Positions 26,101 through 35,146 of a DNA stretch of 64,000 nucleotides are shown piece after piece. The notes beneath the pieces were generated by a model that had not been told where the DNA came from, did no database searches, and saw only the letters and a program-made list of their open reading frames with translations. Both the position numbers and the translations under genes were made by a program. Positions within the stretch are counted from its first letter, which is position 1. Every line of letters starts with the position of its first letter. This DNA comes from Lingula anatina (taxonomy: Eukaryota; Animalia; Brachiopoda): the NCBI GenBank assembly GCA_051362555.1, contig CM120644.1, positions 18,870,534 through 18,934,533 on the forward strand, read 5' to 3'.

Positions 26101-26273
26101 TAGCTTGTCCGGCTAACGTTCCGGCTCCCACTGACGCCGAGGAGGTCCTTGTGTGCATGGAGGACGCCCATTGTGACCGAAACCATCGCTGCTGTCCTGT
26201 CACCACCAAGGGTTCCTGTTTTACCGGGAAAATATGCGTTAAAATTCCAGTTTTAGAAGATTACCGCCTTTAG
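469..26273 (+). CDS. Large secreted mosaic protein, 26 coding exons, ~1,534 aa: SP-CBM14-polyThr-EGFx4-CCPx2-EGFx6-CBM14x5-ANATOx5-EGFx2-TIL-WAPx2
   Basis: Exons, all GT-AG and in frame: 469-605, 1785-1945, 4218-4334, 5293-5415, 5796-5915, 6411-6524, 7000-7194, 7369-7557, 8293-8415, 8863-8985, 9166-9288, 9623-9745, 10325(or 10313)-10447, 10755-10877, 11321-11527, 12261-12509, 12927-13373, 13867-14082, 21209-21913, 22088-22144, 22816-22938, 23378-23500, 24119-24331, 25072-25089, 25426-25608, 26104-26273. Total 4,605 nt including TAG. Intron 1 is phase 2; all others phase 1. N-terminus [23 protein letters not shown] is a signal peptide; no TM segment. Treating it as one gene across the 7-kb intron is inferred from phase and from no second signal exon being found. 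Confidence 0.8.
633..826. mobile_element. MITE with CTTTACACTG...CAGTGTAAAG TIRs; second copy, inverted, at ~15865-16077
   Basis: ~30-bp TIR; the two copies share internal sequence. Confidence 0.7.
1518..1741. mobile_element. ~220-bp MITE family (PIF/Harbinger-like); further copies at ~4832-5010, ~32933-33145, ~39231-39453, 54324-54554, 54558-54771
   Basis: Imperfect TIRs GGGTGCATTCC...GGAATGGGGTC, internal TAGATCGATCTA palindromes, 3-bp TSD (TTA here, ATA at 4832). Degraded relatives at ~39930-40147, ~50020-50150 and ~61860-62095. Confidence 0.8.
2255..2590. mobile_element. Non-autonomous TIR element with TTAA TSD (Kolobok-like)
   Basis: TTAA|AGGGATAATAACTCTTCGT ... ACGAAGAGTTATTATCCCT|TTAA. 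Confidence 0.75.
4218..6524 (+). CDS. Exons 3-6: four EGF-like modules (two Ca-binding type)
   Basis: [40 protein letters not shown] and [39 protein letters not shown] are cbEGF. They are flanked by two NGGTP...CxCxC variants. One module per phase-1 exon. Confidence 0.85.
7000..7557 (+). CDS. Exons 7-8: two Sushi/CCP domains
   Basis: CSPPIDG...[13 protein letters not shown]...[10 protein letters not shown]...C and CPLPLDG...[13 protein letters not shown]...[10 protein letters not shown]...C: 4-Cys CCP pattern, with Tyr in place of the usual Trp. Confidence 0.8.
7700..7976. mobile_element. MITE with CGCCCGCAxGAAAA TIRs and internal GCAGTA repeats
   Basis: The left end CGCCCGCAAGAAAATGCAGTAG matches the reverse complement of the right end CTACTTCGTTTTCGTGCGGGCG. 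Confidence 0.6.
8000..8122 (+). pseudogene. Copy of the B-type EGF exon lacking its canonical acceptor (probable pseudo-exon)
   Basis: Core is identical to B exons and the donor is intact. The -2/-1 bases are CA instead of AG, and both ends carry clustered substitutions. Confidence 0.55.
8293..10877 (+). CDS. Exons 9-14: alternating 123-nt A/B EGF exons (A-B)x3
   Basis: A = [37 protein letters not shown]; B = [41 protein letters not shown]. Confidence 0.85.
11321..14082 (+). CDS. Exons 15-18: five peritrophin-A/CBM14 chitin-binding domains
   Basis: 6-Cys pattern with aromatic positions, e.g. [19 protein letters not shown]...CPDQFGFD...C...C and [22 protein letters not shown]...CAAGTFFD...C...C. 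Confidence 0.85.
11911..12088. mobile_element. MITE
   Basis: GGCCCCAGTTTCACAAAAAACTTAAGTC ... GACTCAAGTTTTTTTTGTGAAACTGGAGCC inverted termini. Confidence 0.7.
14774..15833. mobile_element. Nested non-autonomous Tc1/mariner-pogo-like element (TA TSD)
   Basis: TA|CTCTGAAGTATCAAATAAA ... TTTATTCGATACTTCAGAG|TA, with subterminal CCACCCAGTAC repeats. Confidence 0.7.
16600..19650. repeat. Higher-order tandem repeat: ~155-bp subunits in ~875-bp blocks
   Basis: AACACTGTAAGCACATTTC...GAACCAAT...AAACTCACAGAACTGATG recurs about every 155 bp; the block marker AAATCAA...GATTGGTTGAG occurs at ~16992, 17866, 18741 and 19402. Confidence 0.85.
21209..21913 (+). CDS. Exon 19: five tandem anaphylatoxin-like (ANATO) domains
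   Basis: Five CC-x10-C-x10-C-x6-CC units with conserved CxxRA/S and EPCKxxFLxCC. This matches the C3a/fibulin ANATO layout (C3a: CC-x12-C-x12-C-x6-CC). Linkers are Asp-rich. Confidence 0.8.
22088..23500 (+). CDS. Exons 20-22: N-glycosylation-rich linker and a further A-B EGF pair
   Basis: [19 protein letters not shown] (NGT, NAT, NNT/NTT sequons), then near-identical copies of exons 9 and 10. Confidence 0.75.
24119..24331 (+). CDS. Exon 23: TIL (trypsin-inhibitor-like) domain
   Basis: 10 Cys: [55 protein letters not shown]. Confidence 0.85.
24589..24765. mobile_element. Hairpin MITE; related copy at ~9789-9940
   Basis: AGGCCGCATTCAGAACAGTGGACT ... AGTCCACTGTTCTGAATGCGACCT; ~55-bp TIR. Confidence 0.7.
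25426..26273 (+). CDS. Exons 25-26: two degenerate WAP (four-disulfide-core-like) domains and stop codon
   Basis: CP...[14 protein letters not shown]...GCVC and CP...[14 protein letters not shown]...C...KIC; 7 Cys each. Confidence 0.7.
25640..25720. repeat. 21-bp intronic tandem repeat
   Basis: CGTCATCCCACAGCCCATATC-like unit, ~3.5 copies, just after the exon 25 donor. Confidence 0.75.
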
Positions 26274-26482
26274 AAATGCCTTAATCAGCAGAGGACTGTT
26301 GAACTCTAAGTTAGTTTAATGTGAGTCAATTTACTGTCAGTTACATCAGATTTTCTTGTAGTCTAACGATGCTCAAGTTATTGCCAATGAGTCAAGACAT
26401 CATACGACTACACCTCTTCTCTGGTTTCCTATCGTTATTAAACGGGTATTTGAGCTCTACCTTTGGCACACACACACACACG

Positions 26483-26520
<38 letters not shown>

Positions 26521-27037
26521 GATTTGAACGTAATAATGTTGTAGTAAATGTTTGACGAAAAACATTTCGAGTTTTGATTTATTTCCTTTTTTAGATTTAA
26601 GTTTAATGTTAAGTATTTGTAAATGTCTAAAAGTGTTTCGAAAATACAAAGTCTATATGTGGCTTGTTTAAGGCACTTACTGACTTTGGGGATCTAATGA
26701 TCTCTTATAATGTAGGATTTATCCATAACACGTAAAGAAAATATAAATCCGTCTCTTATGATATATTCTTGGTTTTGTTTGACTCTCAGTTTGTGAAAGT
26801 TCTAGAGAGATAATGAGTAAATAAAGCTCATCTGTGGACTTTCTGTAATTACAAACGTTTGTTAGCTTCATGTTAATTGCTTACGAAAGTTTCCACAAGT
26901 GAGACTTTCTGTGGATTGATCTCCCTCCATTTGATGATGATATCTGTGTGTCCATTTAATGATATTTGTGTCCTTAAAATTGAGCTCTGGACTGGAATTG
27001 CATCTCCTCATATTTCTGTGTCCTTCATACCACGTGT

Positions 27038-29633
27038 TCAAATGCAACTGGTCTGGCATCTCCTAACATTAGCGCACGCTTTCACGTCCGTGTACTGCCA
27101 GTCATCGCACTCGGAGGCGTCAGCCCAGGACGGGTTGGGACAGTATCTCTCTCGGCGGACCGTACACCCGAGTTCTTGAAACGTGCACTGCACCTTCGGG
27201 GTACACGAGCCTCTACGGGGAGAGTTTCTGGAGGAGCCGGGTGTCTTGCGTGGAAGTGGGTCGGATTTGGGGATCTTTGGAAGAGGGTTTACTGGACGCC
27301 TGTCAGGGACACCACCGAAAGCACTGACATCTGTACCCTCCTTAGGTGCGTCAACGTTAAGCACTCCAGCATCGGATTTTCCGCCATCAGGGGCATACGG
27401 GTCAGGGAGACCTGGCACAGGGTCGTCATGGCCTCCCAGTAACACGGGACCGTCGGGTAAAACACCACCAAAACTTCCTACGTCTGTTTCTCCTTGTTTG
27501 GCTCTACCAGATCCTTGTGGTAAAGTACCACCTAGAACCCCAACGTCTCCACCGCCATTCGCTTTCTGTCTCCGTCTTGACGCCATACGACCGCGTACAT
27601 TTTTCAGAGTTTTCTTCACGTGTCTCCTGAACGCGTCGAACAGCCCAAAACCACCGGAGGTACCGCTTTCATCCGTCCCTGAAAATGTACCGGCTACTGG
27701 AATTGTCTTGTCTGGTAAAACGTCTGGTAAAGCGCCACCTACCGACAGGACTCCGACGTCAGAACCTTTTGGTTGGGTATTTTGGAAGGCACCCAGCGCA
27801 GCACGAATGCCTGCAAATCTCTGGTTGGCGTAAGCCATGAAGTCGTCAAAGATACCTCTTTTACGTCTGCTGTTGTGGTGAGTTGATGCTGAAATTGGGC
27901 AGAAAAAATATTAAAATAGAAAAACTTGTGGGTCAGAAGCAGAAGCAGAGAAACAGTAGTGTCACGGCTAATGTCAGGCTAATTGACATCTGCCGTAAAG
28001 CAAGTCGAATAATTTTGCTCTATCTTTAAACTTAACAAAGTTGTTTGAGACTAAATCGTTTCATGACTGGAGATGTTAATCTATAAATTTTCAAAAACCG
28101 CACTTTAGCTTGTGGACGTGGAAAGATGGAGAAGGGTACCAAAAATGTCAAAATTCAAATTTTCTAAAATAATTTCATTATATCAAGTCACTCACTCGGG
28201 TTATCATCCTTCGACATCAGCTGTAGGTATTGCAACTTGAGACCAGAGCAAAATTCCAAAATGGCCTCGCTCAGCACGGATGTGTCGACCGGAACATTCA
28301 GCGCCTGGTAGTACTGGTTCTCCACTTTACCAATCCTCAGTGCTGTGTTCTGGAAAGGTGTATATAAACGGGCTCTTAGAAGTCATCAAACACACATTAA
28401 CTCTATCAATGATTTTTCCTATCTTTTTCTCAAAAACAGTTTTGACTTTCAAGTAATTCTACGATAATAGATAAATAAAATTACATGATTGAATGAATGG
28501 AATGCAAAAAGTATCAAAATGACTTACAAAATTAATAACACAAAAATTGCATGTAAAACAAGTTAGATATAAAGTAACATATATGTTTTACCGCCTATAA
28601 ACTGCCTTTACCTTCTCTGTTTCATAACTTTTCTGCACGCCATCTATTTCCTCTTCTGTCATGGAGGGCTGCATGTCCCGGATGTAGCAGGTCATGTCGT
28701 CCATCAGTCTGAGGACGACTTTTCTCTAGATTTTGAAATAATTAAGAAATAATTAGAGAATCTATTGCGGATCTGGGAATGGGGATACACAGCTAGCACG
28801 TGCTTTGTTACGTTCAGCTCTGGAGGTATACCTTCTCCCTCTTAAAATTTTAATTAATCAAATTAATAAATCTAATTTAAATTTAAAACCCAAAAAACGC
28901 ATAACACGCGAATTGAGACAAAACGAAGGTATTTTCTCGTTTCTGTACCAAACATTCTATGGGTGAAATGTCTACTGCTTTCCTGATGTACACGTACCCT
29001 TGAAAACACCTAAATATCTTCTTAATGTTTAATGTTGTATTGTAGAAAGGTATATTATAATATTAATGTTGGTTAAAATTACAAGAAGAAGAGATAATTT
29101 TCGGAATTGCTACGAAAGACACCACCTACTGCTTTATAATCGTAGACAACAAAGGTTTCCGTCTTTTGGTCATGTGGAATATAATGAACTGCTTCCAGCG
29201 CCCTCTGGCGGTCCAGCCCCACTTCCACACTAAATACATCGTTCTGCCTATTGAAAAGGGCAGCTCGAAGCTGAAAGTAAAATTGGTATTTTTTCAGTGA
29301 CAATAATGCTTAAATCGCGACCATTTACATTTTACCTACATCTCAATATATTCTGAAAGTCATTTTCTCAAAAAAAAAAATACACTGTTAAAATCACAGT
29401 ACGTGCATTTTCCTTGTCTATTATATTTTATATTGCAATGTTACGTTCCTTTTATTTACCTTCAATACATCTTCGGTGCTTTCACCTGACAGGAAAATAA
29501 CCAAAAAAGCCACAGATGTCGCTAAGGTCGCCAGGAACAGTAAAACCACGCCTGCTATTACGTATTTACGTCCTCTGCTCTTCCCGCCGTTGTTCTTGCC
29601 GCCACCACCCTCGCCTTCTGTGTTGTATGTCAT
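27038..29633 (-). CDS. Type II membrane BRICHOS-domain precursor, ~477 aa, with furin site and Cys-rich C-terminal peptide
   Basis: Coding exons 29633-29460, 29270-29130, 28725-28612, 28349-28196, 27888-27038 (1,434 nt). TM: YVIAGVVLLFLATLATSVAFLVIFL. BRICHOS hallmarks: VVYDYK...TCYIRDM...ILEFCSG. Furin site RRKR; tail with 8 Cys. Confidence 0.85.
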
Positions 29634-30885
29634 AACGCCTAAGACCATAATAACAAAAAGCTGAATCTTAGAAAGATTGGTATTACGATATGTACAATTT
29701 ATGACGTGATTAGACACGAAAATACTCCCGTAAAATATTTGCGCCGTATACCGTATGGCTTGTTTTGAATAAATCTGCTTGGCCTTCTTACGCAATGTGC
29801 AGCAAACAGCTTTGAGTGTTTTAATCCACCGGCAGTGATTTTCATAAGTTCGTCAAGGCAAGAGAAAAGTTATTAGTTATCTTTGTACATCACACTTGGT
29901 GAATAATCGTGTTTTTTTATTCAAATGTATTTTATCTGCTATAAATCTTAATGTAGGTCTATTTAAGTCACTGCAGCACGCTATTTTTCTGCACCTCGCA
30001 CAAATTGCTTTTCTAAAGTCACGGTTTGGTGTGACTCTCCGCTGTCACGAGATGTAGGTGATTCTTACCATTAAAGTCTGAATCACTGATGAACACATCT
30101 CCTACACCTCCTACTAACTTCCAAAACCATTTGGGCTACCCGTTTACAAAACTTCAAGAATTCAATTTTCACCGTAACAGAAGTTCTCAGCCTTGCAACT
30201 TTTTCAAACATGTGACTTAAAGTAGGCCCTTAGCCTATAAATGGATTATTAAGAAATGTTAAAACTTGCGATTTGTGAGAATTTTACCAAAATGAATAAG
30301 CAGTAAAAATTCACCTAAAATTTTTATTTTTTATGAATCCTCAAAGGTGCAAAGCATGCATGTAGCAAGAACGTGACAGTTGTATGGAGTATTTTCTCAT
30401 TTTGATTTGCAAATTATTCTACAGTTTTAGCAAAGTTGTAAACGTTTATAATTGCAAATATGAAACTCTGTCCTATGACAAACTAAACTATTTGCACTGC
30501 ATTTACAACATTTTAAAAGCAGAGGTGAAACACGTTACCACACGTAAATCTGATTCTCTTTAAATGGTTCAAAATGCTTTAAAGATGCACCTCTGTTTAT
30601 AAAGAGAGAAAGTTCACAATAAAACGCCCACTCCCTGGTGCGGCACCACAAACCGCTGGTCACTCTGGGCTGGACGCTGGTAAAAAAATGGTCCCTCAAC
30701 CCCTACCCCTCTCCTCCACCTCCCCCTCCCCCTCCCCCTCTTGTCGGTAAAATCGGTCAAATCTATTCAATTACACACCTCGCACAGGCCATCCTATCTT
30801 AAAAGAAAATTTGTCTTATCATATCATCATAAAATCATAATTTAATCAATTCACACATATGATATCAGTGATATTGCTTTCTTAC

Positions 30886-30985
30886 CTGTATTGCTTATAG
30901 CGAATAGTTTGAGGATGAGCGACTCTTTCTTCCTACCAGCTCCTTGACACAATGAGAAAAGCTGAGTAAGTGGCGGGCTTATAAA
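30886..30985 (-). promoter_or_regulatory. Putative TATA/Inr and non-coding first exon of the BRICHOS gene
   Basis: Minus-strand TTTATAA at 30985-30979, TCATTGT at ~30955, donor CAG|GTAAG at 30886; matching acceptor at 29639-29640, 5 nt before the ATG. Confidence 0.5.
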
Positions 30986-31189
30986 CTTCCATTAGTCCGA
31001 TACAAGGAAGTAAAACAAAAACTATGTTAATGGCTGTGAGTTTGTCCTGGCGCATTTCATCAATAACCTACCCCACCTTTATGATAAGAGAAAAAATTAC
31101 GGAAGACCAAAAACGGTGTGTTGAATTAAAACAATGAAGGTTTTCATTTTTATGTGTCATTTTGCTTGCACCTTGCTTAGTAAGAGCTA

Positions 31190-31281
31190 GAGAGAAAAAG
31201 GGAGAAGAGTTGAGACAGAGATGGGAGAGGTCGAAGAGAGAGTATGGGAAGGGGCAGAATATGAGCAAGAGGAAGAAGGGG

Positions 31282-31318
<37 letters not shown>

Positions 31319-31402
31319 AGGGAGAGCGAGAGACGGGGGGAGCGAGAGAGAGGGAGAGAGAGATGGAGAGAGAAAGAACGGGAGAGGAAGAGAGGGAGAT
31401 GC

Positions 31403-31439
<37 letters not shown>

Positions 31440-31470
31440 TGGAGAATGGGGCGAAGAAGAACGAGAAAAA
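31190..31470. repeat. GA-rich low-complexity tract; a similar CT tract lies at 34330-34552
   Basis: (GA)n/(CT)n microsatellite; source of several spurious ORFs. Confidence 0.9.
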
Positions 31471-34142
31471 AAGTAAATGCATTTGAATCTTCCACAGTCT
31501 ATTTTCACTCACTGTTTATTCCTAGCAAAGCGTGGCCTCAAGTCTGCGCTATCAAACCCAACTCAAATATTATTTTAGCACCTGTCAATTTATAAAGTAG
31601 AAAGTACCTTGGAAGGCATGTTACTTTGGTTTGCGGTCGGCTATTAGTTCGCCTATTTCCTCTTTTTACCGCACGCTTCCCATTTTAAGTATGACGCGCA
31701 CGCGAAACTACGCTTTGTTTATGTAGAGAATGATCTCATGCTTCCATTCGTCACCTAGTGGCAGTTTGCCGTCGGAGGGCAAAAACATGTGGCTTTTATT
31801 TACATTTTCTGCTCTTCTACATAAACACATTGTACTTTACCAAAAAAAAAAAAGATGACGGAAAACAAAATAAAACAAAAAGATGGCGGAGCCGTGTGAA
31901 GGGGGTTGAGGCGAATATACAGTCTTTTTTTCAAATAAAAAAGATGGACGAGGTGTCAAATTTCAGTTTCAACCTTTTAAGCAATCACACACATACACAC
32001 AAATAAACACACGCACACACCCTGTACACACACGCACGCACACATACACACAAATACACAAACGCACTAGCTGGTAGTTCGCGTGCACTGTTACCTGTTA
32101 GTAAAGTAATGCAAACACGCGCTTGTTCCTTGCATTAGATGATATCCATTGAACACGTGAATACCATGGATTCCTGGCGTTTTTCTAGGGACTGCTGTTC
32201 ATTTACTCTTTCACTCTGTGCAGAACAACTTTTTAAGGTTATATAATACTAAATTAAAACAATAACTCTATGGTGATATATATTGTGCCGTTTTAATTAT
32301 TACACGGAAAGAATAACTTAATCACGCAAGTTAAACACGTAGCCGACACTTGCATAATGGCAAAAAACAACGCAGTTATTTATAATCTAGATACATGTAT
32401 TAACATCGGCCAATATGTCTTAAAGAGCAGCATTAATGGTTGGTCTACAAAATAACCCCAAGAACATTAAAATGTGATTGTGGGTTCACAAGTGGAGAAC
32501 TTGATATTTTCATTATTTGAGGGGCATTTTAGAGTCCTTTTCGCGAGCTGAGTCATATAATATAAACTAAAGATGACTGCAGCAATAAAGATAACGAGTC
32601 TAGCCTAACGAAACAACTTGCAAAATTCTATTCTCGCAAATGTTAATTATACTAAGACTTAATCCTTGACTTATACAGGTCACTTTGTGAAGTACATGTA
32701 TACAATAAACACCACGATAATAAAAAAACAAGACTATTTTTATTGCGTTTTGTCCTGTTTATTTCTCCTTAAATAGACAGAAAAATTTCAATGAATAAAT
32801 GGCCCCATAATAGTACTACTTGGATTAATTTATGTTATGAGTCACGTGGGTATCTGTTTATCTGCGTACTAATGGGAGTTGTTTAAGTTTCACGTAATCC
32901 TGTCCTGATAGTCACCTCTATGTGCGTCTATAGGGTCTATTCCCACAACTTTAGATCGATCTATCACCGCGGGGAGTCTCACCAGACTACCGTCAGCTAA
33001 TCCCCCTTAAGTGTCCGTCCCCGCCCACTACAAGCCGTAAGGGGCAAATAACTTTCGTGTCCGCCCGGCTGACAGCTATTCAGCGCGAACCCCCAGGGAG
33101 TTAGGTCAATCCAAAGTAGGTCGATCTAATCTATGGAAATGGGGTGTTTGTGAATCACGTTTTCCTTAATTCTTCTTTGGTTACATTTCTAAATCCATAT
33201 CGCTGGTGGCGTGGCAGTCTCTGTTCTCAGTTGTCTTTTGCCCAGATCATCACGGAAACGTCTTTCTGCAAAAGAAGTATGGACAAATTGTTGTAAAGCA
33301 AATGACATACTCTTTTGATAATTACAAAACAATTAAAACAGAATCAAAATGTGTAGGAAGTTATTGAGTGCAAGTAAATTTCTTTAAGTGTCAGTAAGGG
33401 TAGAGATTGTTCTCGAAGTAAGAAAGTATGGAACATTTCAGAGTCGGATATAGTTGGATCTGATTGGCTAATTTTTCTATCGATTTGCTCGTTTTTAATA
33501 CGTGTAGAACTCATGCATACTCGAGTTGGATAAGATCCAAGATGAGTAATTCGGAAAATATTTTAAATTAAAAACAAGTCTCATTTAAATTACTAAATTA
33601 GAAAATATTGAATAGCGTATTGTAACATGAGCATGGAAATTAGAGTATAAATACTTCTGAAATCGTGTAAAAAGAGAATCGGTGAATAAACGTAAAAAAG
33701 CTCCCAAACTGCTGCCGTCATTCCTCATTATATAACAAAATGAAGAAAACCAAACACTTCAAACAAAGGTACAACTTTTATTAAGCAAGAAACACGCACC
33801 GTTTGATATCTTCTAAACATATCTTTATATATATATATATATTTTTTTTTTCGGGGGGGGGGAGCAGATAGAGGCGGCACTCTACCTCATAATTTAAGGA
33901 AGAGGAAGTGCCTCCCATGCCTATAAGAGGTATTATCTAGCTGTTACAAAATAGTATACCAGTCTTTCATATCATTTTGTAACAGTATGCGAAAATATCC
34001 AGTAGAGGGCAGCACTAGGCTAGGTAGGGAATAATGCCAGAAAAAATTGTTTAGTTGGTTCGTTAAGGAGCGGCAAATCTCTGGAATATTTTTTTAACGA
34101 ATTATTTTTTAACAAACGACTCCCCGCATTTCGGGACTCACC

Positions 34143-34329
34143 TCACTGAGCGTCCGCGTGTGTCAGCTGATTGTTGCCTACCTTGCAACAATTCAGGAAT
34201 CCGGTTCTACAAGGCTCGCTCAGGGTCCGGGCTCTTCCTTGACAGTTTTGCCCCCGATTCCGCATTCCCATTACACAACACATGCCTCCGATATCTGATG
34301 TGAAAGAGAATTGTGAATTTTGTAATTTA

Positions 34330-34377
<48 letters not shown>

Positions 34378-34508
34378 ACCTCTATCTCTATCTCTCTACC
34401 TCTCCTCTTCCTTACCTCTTTCTCCCCCTCTCTTTTTCTCTCTCTCCCTCAACTCTCTCTCTCTCTCTCTCCAGCGTCTCTCTCTCTCTCTCCCTCCCTC
34501 ACCTCTCT

Positions 34509-34554
<46 letters not shown>

Positions 34555-35146
34555 ATACGTTAGTTTGAAGACAGAAAACTACCAAGCACAGTGCAAATGA
34601 GTGAGTCGTCCAGTAGTATTTATCATAAATGAAGTTTTATCGTCTGTAACTGGTCTACTGTGACAGGAATAGTATTCCCAGGAACATTGGCCCGGGTCCC
34701 TATGATTAGTACACGTTAGAGTTTACTGAGAGTATCGAGGTCAGTACATTGGACAAATGTTACTTGTACTAAGTCACGGGATAAGAGCTATACTTGTCAC
34801 AGCGACCGAGGTCTATGCCATGTATGCGAGGGAGACTCAACGTCCCCAAGAAGACGAAATCGTAAGTTTAAACACTTTGCTAAGTTTTGTCTAATTGCCA
34901 ACAACCATCAAAGACAAGGTATGTATTTCCCCTGCAACTGCGCTCGTGTCCAGTTAGATACAAAATTATTTTAACGACAAATAATATTACATAAACAAAA
35001 GCAAAACATACCCTGATAACAAATAGATATGTGACTGTAAATGGCGAATACTATGTTATCTACTAATCAGTACCTTGAGAACTGGCAAGGTTAAACATCA
35101 GAACCAAACACAGGCAAACCACAGCAATGTGTCTCATGGCGGCCAT
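34143..35146 (-). CDS. Secreted single-ANATO (anaphylatoxin-like) peptide 1, 74 aa
   Basis: Exons 35146-35074 and 34294-34143: MAAMRHIAVVCLCLVLMFNLASS|QDIGGMCCVMGMRNRGQNCQGRARTLSEPCRTGFLNCCKVGNNQLTHADAQ*. TATATAA at 35211-35205. A 3'-UTR intron leads to an exon starting at 33265. Confidence 0.8.

Noticed and set aside
31068-31595. Long SLSLSL / ERERER ORFs (also 34282-34600)
   Set aside because: GA/CT microsatellite translations.
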